NCBI GenBank assembly: GCA_963806225.1
Contig: CAWDXG010000004.1
Span: 1,056,001 to 1,120,000 of the forward strand
Length of the DNA stretch: 64,000 nucleotides
From: an uncultured delta proteobacterium
GTDB lineage: Bacteria; Myxococcota_A; Polyangia; Polyangiales; Polyangiaceae
Reading direction: 5' to 3'
Part shown: positions 1 to 10,165 of the stretch, piece after piece
How the letters are laid out: the number at the start of each line of letters is the position of its first letter
How positions within the stretch are numbered: the stretch's first letter is position 1
Notes under the pieces: generated by a model
What the model saw: the letters and a program-made list of their open reading frames with translations, nothing else
Told to the model about the DNA's origin: nothing
Databases searched by the model: none
Translations under genes and position numbers: made by a program

Positions 1-786
1 CGCCGCACGTTCTGCCCGGACAACCTCGTCTTCGCGTTCGCGGGCGACATCGACGCCGGCGTCGCGGAGGCCGTGGCTGGACGCATGATGTCGTCGCTCG
101 GCGCGGGGGAGCGCCGACGTGACACGCTGCCCGATCCCGACATGCTGCCGGGCCGCCGCCTGGTCGTCGTGGACAAGCCCGAGCGCAGCCAGACGCAGAT
201 CATGATCGGCGGCCTGGGGACGGATCCCCACGACGAGGACCACCTGGCGCTGCACGTGGCCAACACCGTCTTCGGCGGCACCTTCACCGCGCGCATGACG
301 GAAGAGATCCGCTCCAAGCGCGGCTGGTCGTACGGCGCCTACTCCAGCCTGCCATACGATCGGCACCGCCGCAGCTTCAGCATGTGGACCTTCCCCAAGG
401 CAAGCGACGCGGCAGCATGTGTCGCGCTCGAGCTCGAGATGCTCGCCAAGTGGCGCGACAAGGGCATCACCAAACGCGAGCTATCCTGGGCCAAGCGCTA
501 TCTGTCGCGCTCACACGCCTTCTCGCTGGACACCGCGTCCAAGCGCGTCGGCCTCGCGCTGGACGAGGAGCTGTACGAGCTGCCGGCCGGCTACCACTCG
601 GAGTACGTCGAGCGCATCGGGGCCATCACGCTGGACGAGGCCAACCAGGCCGTGCGCCGCCGCATCCCGAGCGACGACCTCTTGATCGTCGTCGTCGGCA
701 CCGCGTCGGAGATCGGTGACGCCGTGCGCGAGGTCATTCCGAACCTCGCGAGCACCGAGATCGTGCCGTTCGATCGCGACGCTTGA
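1..786 (+). CDS. M16 (pitrilysin-family) peptidase, C-terminal part; 5' end lies outside the window
   Basis: Frame 1 open from base 1 (RRTFCPDNLVFAFAGDID); motifs VVDKPERSQTQI and VANTVFGGTFTARMTEEIRSKRGWSY typical of the M16 C-terminal domain. Confidence 0.85.
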   Translation, partial: RRTFCPDNLVFAFAGDIDAGVAEAVAGRMMSSLGAGERRRDTLPDPDMLPGRRLVVVDKPERSQTQIMIGGLGTDPHDEDHLALHVANTVFGGTFTARMTEEIRSKRGWSYGAYSSLPYDRHRRSFSMWTFPKASDAAACVALELEMLAKWRDKGITKRELSWAKRYLSRSHAFSLDTASKRVGLALDEELYELPAGYHSEYVERIGAITLDEANQAVRRRIPSDDLLIVVVGTASEIGDAVREVIPNLASTEIVPFDRDA

Positions 787-808
787 TCGGGAGGCTCGAG
801 GTTTCCGC

Positions 809-1426
809 CTAGAGCCAACCCATCAGGCCGAAGTTCAAGAGGCCGATATTGCGGTAGTTCTGGTCGACGTCCCCACGCCCGCCGGTGCGTTTGCCCACCA
901 TCGTGATGTCCAGCGTGGGCCCGAGCAGGAAGGCGAAGTGATTCACGGGCGAGATCACGAACATGCCCTGGGCCGAGAACGCCAGGCCCCACTCGCCTCC
1001 CGGGCCCGGGGCATCCATGTTGTCGTAGGTGACGCCGCCCCGGATCCAGAAGCCGACCGCCCGGCTGAACATCCAGCAGTAGCCGACGCGCGGCGCGAGC
1101 AGAAAGGCGGAGTTGTCGCGACGGCTGTCACCCGAGTACGTCGCGAACGCCACCGAGCCGCCGATGCTCAGCCCGTGGATAGGGAAATAGTCGAACGACA
1201 GGCGCGGGATCTCGTACAGATCCATCGGCGGGCGCCAAAACAGCCCGAAGTCGGTCGTGTCCGTCGCGCGGTCTCCCCCCGTGTGCTCGTGGTGCAGGCT
1301 GAGCCCGAACAGTCGATCCGCGCCGAACGCGGCCGTGCCCTGCGACGCGAACCGCTCCTGCGCCCTTGCCGGCGCTGCGCCGAGCACTCCCGCCGCCACC
1401 ACCACTGCCGCTAGCGTCTTGTGCAT
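809..1426 (-). CDS. Exported outer-membrane beta-barrel-like protein
   Basis: GGAGG RBS before ATG 1426; signal peptide MHKTLAAVVVAAGVLGAAPARA; alternating aromatic/Gly strands; ends FGLMGWL. Confidence 0.6.
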   Translation of the reverse strand: MHKTLAAVVVAAGVLGAAPARAQERFASQGTAAFGADRLFGLSLHHEHTGGDRATDTTDFGLFWRPPMDLYEIPRLSFDYFPIHGLSIGGSVAFATYSGDSRRDNSAFLLAPRVGYCWMFSRAVGFWIRGGVTYDNMDAPGPGGEWGLAFSAQGMFVISPVNHFAFLLGPTLDITMVGKRTGGRGDVDQNYRNIGLLNFGLMGWL

Positions 1427-1525
1427 CGTGCTTCCTCCGTTGTCTGCAGTTTCCACATAGAGCCCGCCCGGAACCCTACGCTACCAGAGCCCGGCGACCG
1501 CCGGCCCCGGCAGAGTGTGTGCCGC

Positions 1526-3247
1526 TCACGCCAGACCCACGTGACCGGCGATCGCATCGGCGATCGCCTGGCCAGCGTCCCGCGCGCTGTCCTCGCGACT
1601 GGCCACGATGTCGCCCGCTGCGAGCTCGACGCGCAGATCCACGTAGATCTTCAACTTGGGCTCGGTACCGCTCGGACGCACCAGCACGCGGCTCTCTCCC
1701 TCGAGCTCGAGCGCGATCAAGCTGGTGTCCGGCAGCCAGCGCGGCCGCTCCCCTCCCCCGCTCCGGTAGTCGACCGAGCCCACAACCTTGTGCCCAGCCA
1801 GCTCTGCGGGGAGCTCCGCGCCGAGCTTCTGCATGGCCTGGGCGATCTCGCCCTGCCCTTCGGTGCCCGGACGTACGATGCTCTTCTGCAGGCTGATCCA
1901 CAGACCGTACTTCCTGTACAGCGCCTCCAGCCGCTCGAGCACGCTCACGCCCTCGGCTCGACAGCGCGCGGCCAGGTCCGAAAACAGCACAGCCGCACTG
2001 ATGCCGTCCTTGTCCCGCACGATGTGGCCGACCGAATAACCGAGCGCTTCCTCGTAGCCGAACACGTAGCGCACGCCTCCGGCGTGTTCGAGATCGAGCG
2101 CTGCGTTCCAGATCCATTTGAAGCCGGTGAGCGTCTGCTCGAATGCTGCGCCGCGCGAACGGGCGATCGCGCCGAGCATGGGTGACGAGACGATGCTGGA
2201 GATGACGAGGGGCGTCGGACGCGCCGCGGCGTGCTCGAGCACGAAATCGGAGAGAAGCAGGCCGACCTGGTTGCCGGTGAGCTGCACCCAGCGTCCGGTG
2301 ACCGTGGGAACGCAGATGGCGAGACGATCCGCGTCGGGATCGTTCGCGATCACGAGCTCGGCCTTCTCCTGGTCGGCGAGCGCCTTCGCCAGATCGAGCG
2401 CGCCGGGCTCTTCTGGATTGGGGAAGCGCACGGTCGGGAAGCGACCATCCGGCTCCGCCTGCTCCGGCACGACCGTCACGCGCTTGTAGCCCGCGTGCGC
2501 GAGCGCCTGCTGGGCAAAACGCCAGCCCACGCCGTGCATCGGCGTGTACACGATGCCGAAGTCGGCATCGGCGGGGCCCTTGGGGCGGATGGCGTCGAGC
2601 TCCATCAGGTAGCGCTCGAACAGGGAGTCGGGGACGCGCTCGACGCGGTCGCTCCTGCCCTGCATCGCGCCTGCGAGGAGCGGCACGTCCTTGGCCGCGC
2701 CGACCTGTTCGATGAAGTGTGCGATGCGGCTGTCGACCGGCGCGATGATCTGCGCGGCGTTCGGCGCGTAGACCTTGTAGCCGTTGTACTCGGGCGGGTT
2801 GTGGCTGGCTGTGATGACCACCGCCGCAATCGCCGCGAGCTGGCGCGCGGCGTAGGCCACAACCGGCGTCGGCACCGGCGAGTCGAAGTAGCGCACCGTG
2901 AGCCCCGCCGCGGCCAGCACGCCCACGGTGTCGTCGGCGAACTGCCGGCTGGTGGTGCGGCCGTCGTAGCCGACAACCACGGGCAGACTGCGCGCATCGG
3001 GAAGCGTGAGCAGATAGTCGGCGAGCCCGCGCGTGGTCCGGAGGATCACCGCCCGGTTCATCCGGTTGATGCCGGCGCCTACGATGCCGCGCAGCCCGGC
3101 CGTGCCGAACTCGAGCGGTGCGTGCATGCGCTCGGATAGCTCGTCCGTGTCGCCGCGCTCGATGATCGCCTCGAGCTCCGCCCGCGTTTCCGGATCCGGA
3201 TCGCCCGCGGCCCAGGCCCGGGCCTTGTCCACCAGTTCGTCGCTCAT
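1526..3247 (-). CDS. Phospho-sugar mutase (phosphoglucomutase/phosphomannomutase)
   Basis: Motifs FGTAGLRG, ITASHNP (phosphoserine), DPDADR (metal), YEEALG, RPSGTEPKLK. Confidence 0.93.
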   Translation of the reverse strand: MSDELVDKARAWAAGDPDPETRAELEAIIERGDTDELSERMHAPLEFGTAGLRGIVGAGINRMNRAVILRTTRGLADYLLTLPDARSLPVVVGYDGRTTSRQFADDTVGVLAAAGLTVRYFDSPVPTPVVAYAARQLAAIAAVVITASHNPPEYNGYKVYAPNAAQIIAPVDSRIAHFIEQVGAAKDVPLLAGAMQGRSDRVERVPDSLFERYLMELDAIRPKGPADADFGIVYTPMHGVGWRFAQQALAHAGYKRVTVVPEQAEPDGRFPTVRFPNPEEPGALDLAKALADQEKAELVIANDPDADRLAICVPTVTGRWVQLTGNQVGLLLSDFVLEHAAARPTPLVISSIVSSPMLGAIARSRGAAFEQTLTGFKWIWNAALDLEHAGGVRYVFGYEEALGYSVGHIVRDKDGISAAVLFSDLAARCRAEGVSVLERLEALYRKYGLWISLQKSIVRPGTEGQGEIAQAMQKLGAELPAELAGHKVVGSVDYRSGGGERPRWLPDTSLIALELEGESRVLVRPSGTEPKLKIYVDLRVELAAGDIVASREDSARDAGQAIADAIAGHVGLA

Positions 3248-3418
3248 CAGGGGCAGGATACGTCAGCCAACGCGGCTTGGGGCCGCTCGCGGGTTTCCGG
3301 TCCGCCGACCGGGCCGGGCATGGCTTCCCCCTCCTGAGACGGCGGAGCCGGCGATTTGGAGGGGGCGGCCGCCCGCAGCCACCTGGGGCGGCGAGGACCG
3401 GCCGGGGGGAGGCAGCCC

Positions 3419-4822
3419 CTAGTTCTGCTTCTTCAACGCCTTGGCCAGGGCCTCGGCCAGGGAGGTGTCGTAGCTCCCCGATGCGAAATGCTCGTCGGCG
3501 AGCACTTGCCTGAGGAAGGCGAGATTCGTCGCGCGCGGGCCCTTGGGCCCCATCAGCACGAGACGCGTGGCGGCCAGCGCCTTGTCGAGCCGCGCGATGG
3601 CCTCCGCCCGATTGGCACCGTGGGCAACAACCTTGGCAATCATCGGATCGTAGAACGGGGTCACGTCGCCGCCCTCCACAACGCCGGTGTCGACGCGCAC
3701 GCCGGGCAGACCCTCCGGCCAGACGAGCTCGTCGATGTGACCGGGCTGCGGCACGAACATCTTCGACGGGTCCTCGGCGTAGACGCGGCCCTCGACGGCG
3801 TGCCCGTTCAGGGTCGGCTCGAGCGCAGCGGCGGGGATGGCTTCGCCGGCAGCGACGCGGAGCTGCAACTCGACCAGGTCGAGACCGGTGACGAGCTCTG
3901 TGACGGGATGCTCGACCTGCAGCCGCGCGTTGACCTCGAGGAAGTAGAGCGAGCCGTCGGCGTCGGCGACGAACTCGACGGTGCCGGCGCCGACGTAGCC
4001 GACCTTCTCCACGACGCGCAGGGCGTCCTCCCACAACTTGCGGCGGCGCGCTCCGCCCTCCTCGCCCTGGAAGAACGCGGCGGGCGACGGCGACTCCTCG
4101 ATGATCTTCTGGTGGCGGCGCTGCACGCTGCACTCGCGCTCGCCGTAGGCAACGCTGTTGCCGTGGCTGTCGCGGAAGATCTGCACCTCGATGTGGCGCG
4201 GGTGCGTGAGGTACTTCTCGATGTAGACGCGGCCGTCGCCGAAGGCGGACTTGCCGCGGTCGGCACAGGTTCGCGCGGCGCGCTCGAGCTTGGACTCGTC
4301 GTCGACGACCTGCATGCCGATGCCGCCGCCGCCACCGGCGGTCTTGATCAGGACGGGCAGACCGATACGATCGGCTTCGGAGCGGAGCTTCTCGACGTTG
4401 TCGGGCTCGATGGGACCGGGGCTGCCGGGCGGCGGCGCGACGCCGACGGAGCGAGCGACTTCGCGTGCCTTGATCTTGTCGCCGAAGGCTTCGAGCGCTT
4501 CGGGAGGCGGACCGATGAAGGTTGCCCCTGCTTTCGCGACGGCCTCGGCGAAGGCGCGGTTTTCGCTGAGCAGGCCGTAGCCGGGATGCACGGCGTCGGC
4601 GCCGGTGTGCTCGATGGCGGCGACGACGGCGGCGACGTTCAGGTAGCTGTCCTTGACGGGCGGCGGACCGAGCCGGATGGCCTCGTCCGCGGCGGCGACG
4701 TGGGGCGCGGTGACGTCGGCGTCGGAAAACACGGCGACCGTCTTCAGGCCCATCCGCTCGCAGGTGCGAAGCACGCGGCAGGCGATTTCTCCTCGGTTGG
4801 CGACCAGGACTTTCTTGAACAC
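3419..4822 (-). CDS. Biotin carboxylase subunit of an acyl-CoA carboxylase (no BCCP domain)
   Basis: GTG start at 4822: (M)FKKVLVANRGEIA; HPGYGLLSEN, GGGGIGM, RECSVQRRHQK, EVNARLQVEHPVTE. Confidence 0.9.
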   Translation of the reverse strand: MFKKVLVANRGEIACRVLRTCERMGLKTVAVFSDADVTAPHVAAADEAIRLGPPPVKDSYLNVAAVVAAIEHTGADAVHPGYGLLSENRAFAEAVAKAGATFIGPPPEALEAFGDKIKAREVARSVGVAPPPGSPGPIEPDNVEKLRSEADRIGLPVLIKTAGGGGGIGMQVVDDESKLERAARTCADRGKSAFGDGRVYIEKYLTHPRHIEVQIFRDSHGNSVAYGERECSVQRRHQKIIEESPSPAAFFQGEEGGARRRKLWEDALRVVEKVGYVGAGTVEFVADADGSLYFLEVNARLQVEHPVTELVTGLDLVELQLRVAAGEAIPAAALEPTLNGHAVEGRVYAEDPSKMFVPQPGHIDELVWPEGLPGVRVDTGVVEGGDVTPFYDPMIAKVVAHGANRAEAIARLDKALAATRLVLMGPKGPRATNLAFLRQVLADEHFASGSYDTSLAEALAKALKKQN

Positions 4823-4873
4823 GGGGGGATACTTCGCGGACGAGACATCCCTCGTCAAGGGGGCGCTCGCTCT

Positions 4874-4945
4874 GGGCTCCGGAGGGCTGCCGGCTACGTG
4901 GGGCCCCCCTTCGGCCCCCACTCCGCCGACAGCCCTCCGGAGCCC
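4874..4945. repeat. Palindromic REP-like hairpin (21-bp arms, 1 mismatch)
   Basis: gggctccggagggctgccggc (4874-4894) pairs with gccgacagccctccggagccc (4925-4945); inner gtggggcc...ggcccccac stem. Confidence 0.75.
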
Positions 4946-5054
4946 GGCGCTCGCTTGGGCCTTGTGTGTCGACCAGCCGCGCCGGTGTGGACGGCGCGCC
5001 CGGCGCTCGCTTGGGCCTTGTGTGTCGACCAGCCGCGCCGGTGTGGACGGCGCG
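4942..5054. repeat. Tandem duplication, two copies of a 56-bp unit
   Basis: gcccggcgctcgcttgggccttgtgtgtcgaccagccgcgccggtgtggacggcgc at 4942 and again at 4998. Confidence 0.9.
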
Positions 5055-5060
5055 AGTCGG

Positions 5061-6223
5061 CTACTGCGCGGCGGGGATTTTCTGAGCGCTAGTTGGCCGC
5101 AGGCGGCGGAGACGTCGTCGCCGCGGCGGGTGCGGACGAAGCAGCTGAGGCCGAACTGGGCGAGCTCCTCGCGGAAGGCTTCGACGCGGTCGTCGGGCGA
5201 AGCGCCGAGCGCAGAGGCCTCGATGCTGTTCATTGGGATGAGGTTCACCTTCACGCGCAGGCCCTTGAGCAGCTTCGCGAGCTTCGTCGCGTGCTCGACG
5301 CTGTCGTTCTGTCCCGCGATGAGCGTGTACTCGATGGTGATGCGGCGGCGCTGCGGCAGCGGATAGCGGCGCAGCGCCTCGACCAGCCGCTCGACGGGGT
5401 AGCTCTTGTTCATCGGCACGATGCGGTCGCGCGTTTCGTTGTCGGGCGCGTGCAGGCTGACGGCGAGGCCGATGCGGCCGCCGAAATCCTCGCCGAGGCG
5501 CGCGATGCCGGGCACAAGCCCGACCGTGCTGACGGTGATGCGGCGCAGACCCATGCCGAAGCCGTCGGCGTGCGAGATGAGCCGGATGGCACGCGCGGTC
5601 TCGTCGTAGTGATGGAGCGGCTCGCCCATGCCCATGAAGACGAGATTGCGCAGGTCCTCGTTCGGCTCCAGGTACCGGCGCGCCATCTGCACCTGCGCGA
5701 CGATCTCCGCGGCGCCGAGGCCGCGCACAAGCCCGGCCTGACCGCTGGCGCAGAACACGCAGCCCATGGCGCAGCCGTACTGCGTGGAGATGCAGAGCGT
5801 GACCCGCTGGCGCGCGGGCTCGTCCTCTTCCTCGTCGTCGACCGCGGCGGCAGCGTCGGCGTCCTCCGGGGGCGCGCCGTCATCGCGTCTGGTCATCGGG
5901 ATGATCACGCACTCGACGCGCGCGCCGCCCGAGAGCTCGAGCAGCAGCTTGCGCGTGCCGTCGGCGGCGCGATGCACGTGCGCGACCGTGGCGGGCTCGG
6001 CCAGGCCGGCTTCGGCGAGCCGCTCGCGCAAGGGCGCGGGCAGATCGGTCATCTGGGCGGGGTCCATCACGCCGCGGTGGTGGATCCAGCGGAAGATCTG
6101 CCGCGCGCGGAAGCTCCGCTCGCCCATTTCCGCAACCACGCTCTGCCACTCTTCGGGCAGGCGCGCGACCGGGTGCAGCTCGGCGGGGCCGAGGTCGCGG
6201 GTCTTCGTCGCGTCCGGCGTCAT
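5061..6223 (-). CDS. rlmN: Dual-specificity rRNA/tRNA C2-methyltransferase RlmN (stop codon inferred)
   Basis: CISTQYGCAMGCVFCASG radical-SAM motif, FMGMGEP, AACGQL; ATGA overlap with the mazG stop; one extra base in the T run at 5078-5081 would put TAG (5061-5063) in frame. Confidence 0.9.
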
Positions 6224-7065
6224 GACTCGAGCTTCTTCGCCTCGTCCCAATAGCCGTCCATCTCCTCGAGCGGCACGCCGCCGGACGGCTTGCCGTCCTT
6301 GCCGCGCGGCCAACCGCCGTGGCACTCCTTGACGCGCTGCTCGACGTGACCGAAGCGCGCGCTGAAGCGATCGGCTGTGGCGCGCAGCGCCATCTCGGCG
6401 TCGACGCCGTGGTGGCGCGCGAGGTTCACCAGCGCGAACAGCAGATCGCCGAGCTCGTGCTCGACGCGCGCCTTGTCGCCTCCTTCGAGGGCCTCGTCCA
6501 GCTCGTCGAGCTCCTCGGCGACCTTGGCGCGCGAGCCGCGCCCGTCAGGCCAGTCGAAGCCCACGCGGCTGACCTTGTCGCCGATGCGCTGCGCGCGGTA
6601 GAGCGCGGGCAGCGAGCGCGGCACCCCGTCGAGCAAGGGGCGGTCCTTCTTCTCGTTCGCCTTGATGGTCTCCCAGTTACGGAGCACCTCGTCGCTGCCG
6701 CTGACCTCGACGTTGTCGAAGACGTGCGGATGGCGGCGCACTAGCTTGTCGACGATGCCGCGCACCACGTCATCCGGGCCGAAGCTGCCCTCGTCGCGCG
6801 CAAGCTCGGAGAGGAACACGACCTGCAGCGCTAGATCGCCAAGTTCCTCTTTCAGATGCTCGCGGTCGTCGGAGTCGATGGCGTCGATGACCTCGCAGGC
6901 CTCCTCGAGGACGTAGCGGCGCAGCGACCGGAAATCCTGCTCGCGGTCCCAGGGGCAGCCGTCGGGCGCCAGCAGGCGCTGCATCAGCGCAACCAGGCTG
7001 GGAAAGGTGTGGCCGCGCTGCTCGTCGAGCGGATGCTCGTCGGGGATGTCGAACGGGCGTGACAT
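6220..7065 (-). CDS. mazG: Nucleoside triphosphate pyrophosphohydrolase MazG
   Basis: GCPWDREQ, EEACEV, EELGDLALQVVF, KLVRRHPHVF, GFDWP, ELGDLLFALVN. Confidence 0.95.
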   Translation of the reverse strand: MSRPFDIPDEHPLDEQRGHTFPSLVALMQRLLAPDGCPWDREQDFRSLRRYVLEEACEVIDAIDSDDREHLKEELGDLALQVVFLSELARDEGSFGPDDVVRGIVDKLVRRHPHVFDNVEVSGSDEVLRNWETIKANEKKDRPLLDGVPRSLPALYRAQRIGDKVSRVGFDWPDGRGSRAKVAEELDELDEALEGGDKARVEHELGDLLFALVNLARHHGVDAEMALRATADRFSARFGHVEQRVKECHGGWPRGKDGKPSGGVPLEEMDGYWDEAKKLES

Positions 7066-7137
7066 GGCGCGTTGACCTAGCACGTCGGGGCAGCGCCGTC
7101 CTGGCGCGAGCGCCTCTGTCCGTCTAGCCTCCCCGGC

Positions 7138-7924
7138 ATGGACACGAGCTCACCGCTGCTCACGCGCCGCGACGGACCCGTCGCCACCCTCACCCTCGCC
7201 CGCCCGGGCACCCGGAACGCGCTGAACCGCGAGCTCGTCCGCGCTCTCGGCGCGGCGCTGGCCGAGGTCGCCGCCGACCCGGATGTGCGCGCGGTAGTGC
7301 TGACCGGCTCCGGCGAGAGCTTCTGCTCGGGCGCGGATTCTGAAGAGCGCGATGGTCGAGAGCCAGGACGTCGACATGGCCGAGCGCATCGACGAGTTCC
7401 ACGCGATCATCAAGACGATCACCCACGCACCGAAGCCGTTCATCGCCGCGATCGACGGCGCGGCCGTCGGCTTCGGCGCGGACCTCGCGTTGGCCTGTGA
7501 CCTCCGGGTGATGTCGAACCGCGGCTACCTACAGGAAAAGTTCGTGAAGATCGGCCTGATGCCCGACGGCGGGGGCAGCTTCTGGCTGCCGCGGCTGGTC
7601 GGGCTCGGACGGGCGCTCGAGTTCTTGATGCTGGGCACGAAGATCGAAGCGGCGCTGGCACTGGAGCTGGGGCTCGTCAACCGCGTGGTGGTGCCCGAGG
7701 AGCTGGACAAGAGCGCCGCGGCGCTGGCGAGCGAGCTCGCCAACGGCCCGCCGCTCGCGCTCACCGCGATAAAGACCGCCGTGCGCGAGAGCGCCATCGG
7801 CGGCATCGACGAGGCCCTCGCCCGCGAGAAAGCGGGTCAGGTGAACCTGCTGGCCTCGCAGGACCTGATGGAAGGCGTGATGGCCTGGGCGCAGCGCCGG
7901 GCTCCGGAGTTCAAGGGCAAGTAG
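7138..7924 (+). CDS. Enoyl-CoA hydratase/isomerase (crotonase family), one frameshift near 7338
   Basis: RNALN..VRAVVLTGSGESFCSGAD in one frame continues as KPFIAAIDGAAVGFGADLALACD..GLMPDGGG in another; gcggattctgaag carries an extra base. Confidence 0.85.
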
Positions 7925-7943
7925 CGGCGCTTGGGGGATTCTA

Positions 7944-8970
7944 GTCGGGTAGGCCCGGGCGTTGCCGCCCGGGCCCCCCTATGTCGACTTCCAGCACCCA
8001 TCCGTCGCGCATTCCATCAGAGTGTCGCGTAGCTTGCCCAGGGCTTGGTGGGCACTCCGCCCTGGTCGAAACCCATACGAGCAGTCCAGAAAGTCCTGCT
8101 CGTACACGGTTTCTAGAAGCATGGCTACCGCCCGCTGGAGCACCTTGTCCTCGAAGGTTGGGATGCCCAGCGGCCGGGTCTGCCCGTTGCCTTTCGGGAT
8201 GTACACCCGCCGGACGGGTGGCGCCCGGTATTCGCCAGAATGCGCGCGGTTGACCAGGGTCTCGAGGTTCGCCTCGAGTTCCTCGCCATATTCATCCGCG
8301 CTGCATCCGTCGACTCCAGTCGCGCCGTCCTTGCGGGTGCGCTGATAGGCTTCGTGCAGCCACTCCTCGTCCATGTGATGCGACAGCGACCACAGCGCTG
8401 CGTCCGGCATTCGCTTCGCCAGTTCCGCTATCCGTTCGTATTTCGTTGAGACAGTTTCCGAGCGTGACATCCCGGCTCTCTTTCATCCGAACAGTTCCGT
8501 GTTCCGGCATCCCGCTTCGCTCGGAAGGGTCCCATCGGACAGGTTCCCCTTCGTCATCACTATTATCAGGATGCTCCGACTTCTCGCCGGCCTCTGCGCC
8601 GCTTCGTTTCCTTATCGACGCCGTACCGCCCAACAGACGGCACCGACGAGATCTCCCAGCTTTCCAGGAATCCCTTCTGTGCACGTGCCCTGCTCTCTGA
8701 CCTCGGTTCGAGCCAGCCTTTGGTCTGGTGTTGCCTTCCACCTTCCTGACGGTGTCGGCCTCGAACGGTTTCTTTACGCGGCTCAATCACACGGCCCACG
8801 CACTCGCTGTCTACGCTTCGCCTTCGGGTCGCACCTCCAGCGCAAGACTCGCTTCCGGATGTACCTCGCGCGTACGCTCGGCCTTGGCCGGACGGGGTTT
8901 CCACCCGCGGGGTTTCACTCCAAGGTTTCAACGCATGGCATCCTCCTCGGCTGGACTTGGGCTGGCGCAC
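7944..8970 (-). mobile_element. Group II intron, internally deleted (5' and 3' ends retained)
   Basis: Minus-strand 5' end GTGCGCC at 8970; domain VI hairpin gcccgggcggcaacgcccgggc followed by CTACCCGAC ending at 7944; EBS1-like loop CAGGAA (8743-8748) complementary to upstream exon TTCCTG; RT fragment inside. Confidence 0.88.
7979..8470 (-). pseudogene. Truncated group II intron reverse transcriptase/maturase (approximately RT0-RT3 only)
   Basis: [72 protein letters not shown]; frameshift, then GWVLEVDI abuts domain VI; no YADD. Confidence 0.9.
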
Positions 8971-9135
8971 CAGGAAGGCGGGAAGGCGGGAAGGGTTCTT
9001 GGGGCGCGCTCGTTCATCCCGATGCGTCGCGAGCACGATCAGCGCCGCACCGAACGCTCCAGCCTCTGGATGAGCCGCGTCCGGTCGGGCAACCCTCGAC
9101 CCAGTAAACCTTGATCCCCCGGACAGGGCCGACAC

Positions 9136-10095
9136 CTAGAATAGGTAGCGCTCGCCGGAGTCGCACAGGACGGTGACGACGTTGCCGCCCGGGAGCCGGC
9201 GGGCGACCTCCACCGCGGCGTGGACGTTCGCGCCGGACGACGGCCCCGTGAGCAGCCCCTCCTCGCGCGCGAGCCGCCTCACCATGCGCTCCGCGGCCAC
9301 GTCGCTGACGGCGATGATCTCGTCGACCACGCTCTTGTCGAAGATCTCCGGCACGAAACCGGCGCCGAGCCCCTGGATGCCATGCATCCCCGGCGGCTTG
9401 CCTTCCAGCACGGCGCTGCCCGCCGGTTCAACGGCCACGATCTGCACGCCGTCGAGGCGCTGCTTCAGCGCCCGACCGACGCCGGTGACGGTGCCGCCCG
9501 TTCCCACGCCCGCCACGAACGCCGCGATGTCGCTATCCGTCTGTTCGAGGATCTCGACGGCGGTGCCCAGCTGGTGGCTTTCGGGGTTGGCGGGATTGTC
9601 GAACTGGCTCGGCATGAACGCGCCGGGCGTCTCGGCGATGAGCTGGTGCGCACGGCCGACGGCGCCCGACATGCCGTCGAGCGCCGGAGTCAGCACTATC
9701 TCGGCGCCATAGGCGCGCAGGATGTAGCGCCGCTCCAGGCTCATGTCCTCGGGCATCACCAGCACGCACCGGTAGCCTCTGACCGCGGCGATCATCGCCA
9801 GGCTGATGCCTGTGTTGCCACTGGTCGCCTCGATGAGCGTCGCACCCGGCGCCAGGCGGCCGTCGCGCTCGGCAGCGAGGATCATCGACAGGGCCGGGCG
9901 GTCCTTGACGCTGCCGCCCGCGTTGTCGAGCTCGCACTTGCCCCACACGGTCGCTCCGCCCTCCGGACTGAGGTGCGCCAGACGCACCAGCGGCGTACGG
10001 CCAATCAGCCCGAGCACGCCGTCGGCGACGATCAGCCCGCCCTGGGTGTGGTGCGCGTGCTGATCCCCCGGACCGGATTTCTCGTTGTCTGCCAT
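9136..10095 (-). CDS. cysK: Cysteine synthase (PLP-dependent)
   Basis: IGRTPLVRL, GGSVKDR, EATSGNTG, GVGTGGT, HGIQGLGAGF, DSGERY. Confidence 0.92.
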   Translation of the reverse strand: MADNEKSGPGDQHAHHTQGGLIVADGVLGLIGRTPLVRLAHLSPEGGATVWGKCELDNAGGSVKDRPALSMILAAERDGRLAPGATLIEATSGNTGISLAMIAAVRGYRCVLVMPEDMSLERRYILRAYGAEIVLTPALDGMSGAVGRAHQLIAETPGAFMPSQFDNPANPESHQLGTAVEILEQTDSDIAAFVAGVGTGGTVTGVGRALKQRLDGVQIVAVEPAGSAVLEGKPPGMHGIQGLGAGFVPEIFDKSVVDEIIAVSDVAAERMVRRLAREEGLLTGPSSGANVHAAVEVARRLPGGNVVTVLCDSGERYLF

Positions 10096-10165
10096 CGGTC
10101 GCACGCTACCTCAACGGTCGATAGTAGGCGACCGGTGCGCGTGATCGCGCCGCGATGCCGGCCGA

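Noticed and set aside
1476..4133. Long overlapping Arg/Pro/Ala-rich ORFs here and throughout the window
   Set aside because: Shadow ORFs expected at this GC content; they overlap well-supported genes and lack family motifs.
3419..6325. Apparent 968-aa RlmN-biotin carboxylase fusion
   Set aside because: The linker is a non-coding-looking hairpin and duplication. One missing base in the homopolymer at 5078-5081 restores a stop right after RlmN, and the carboxylase has its own GTG start.
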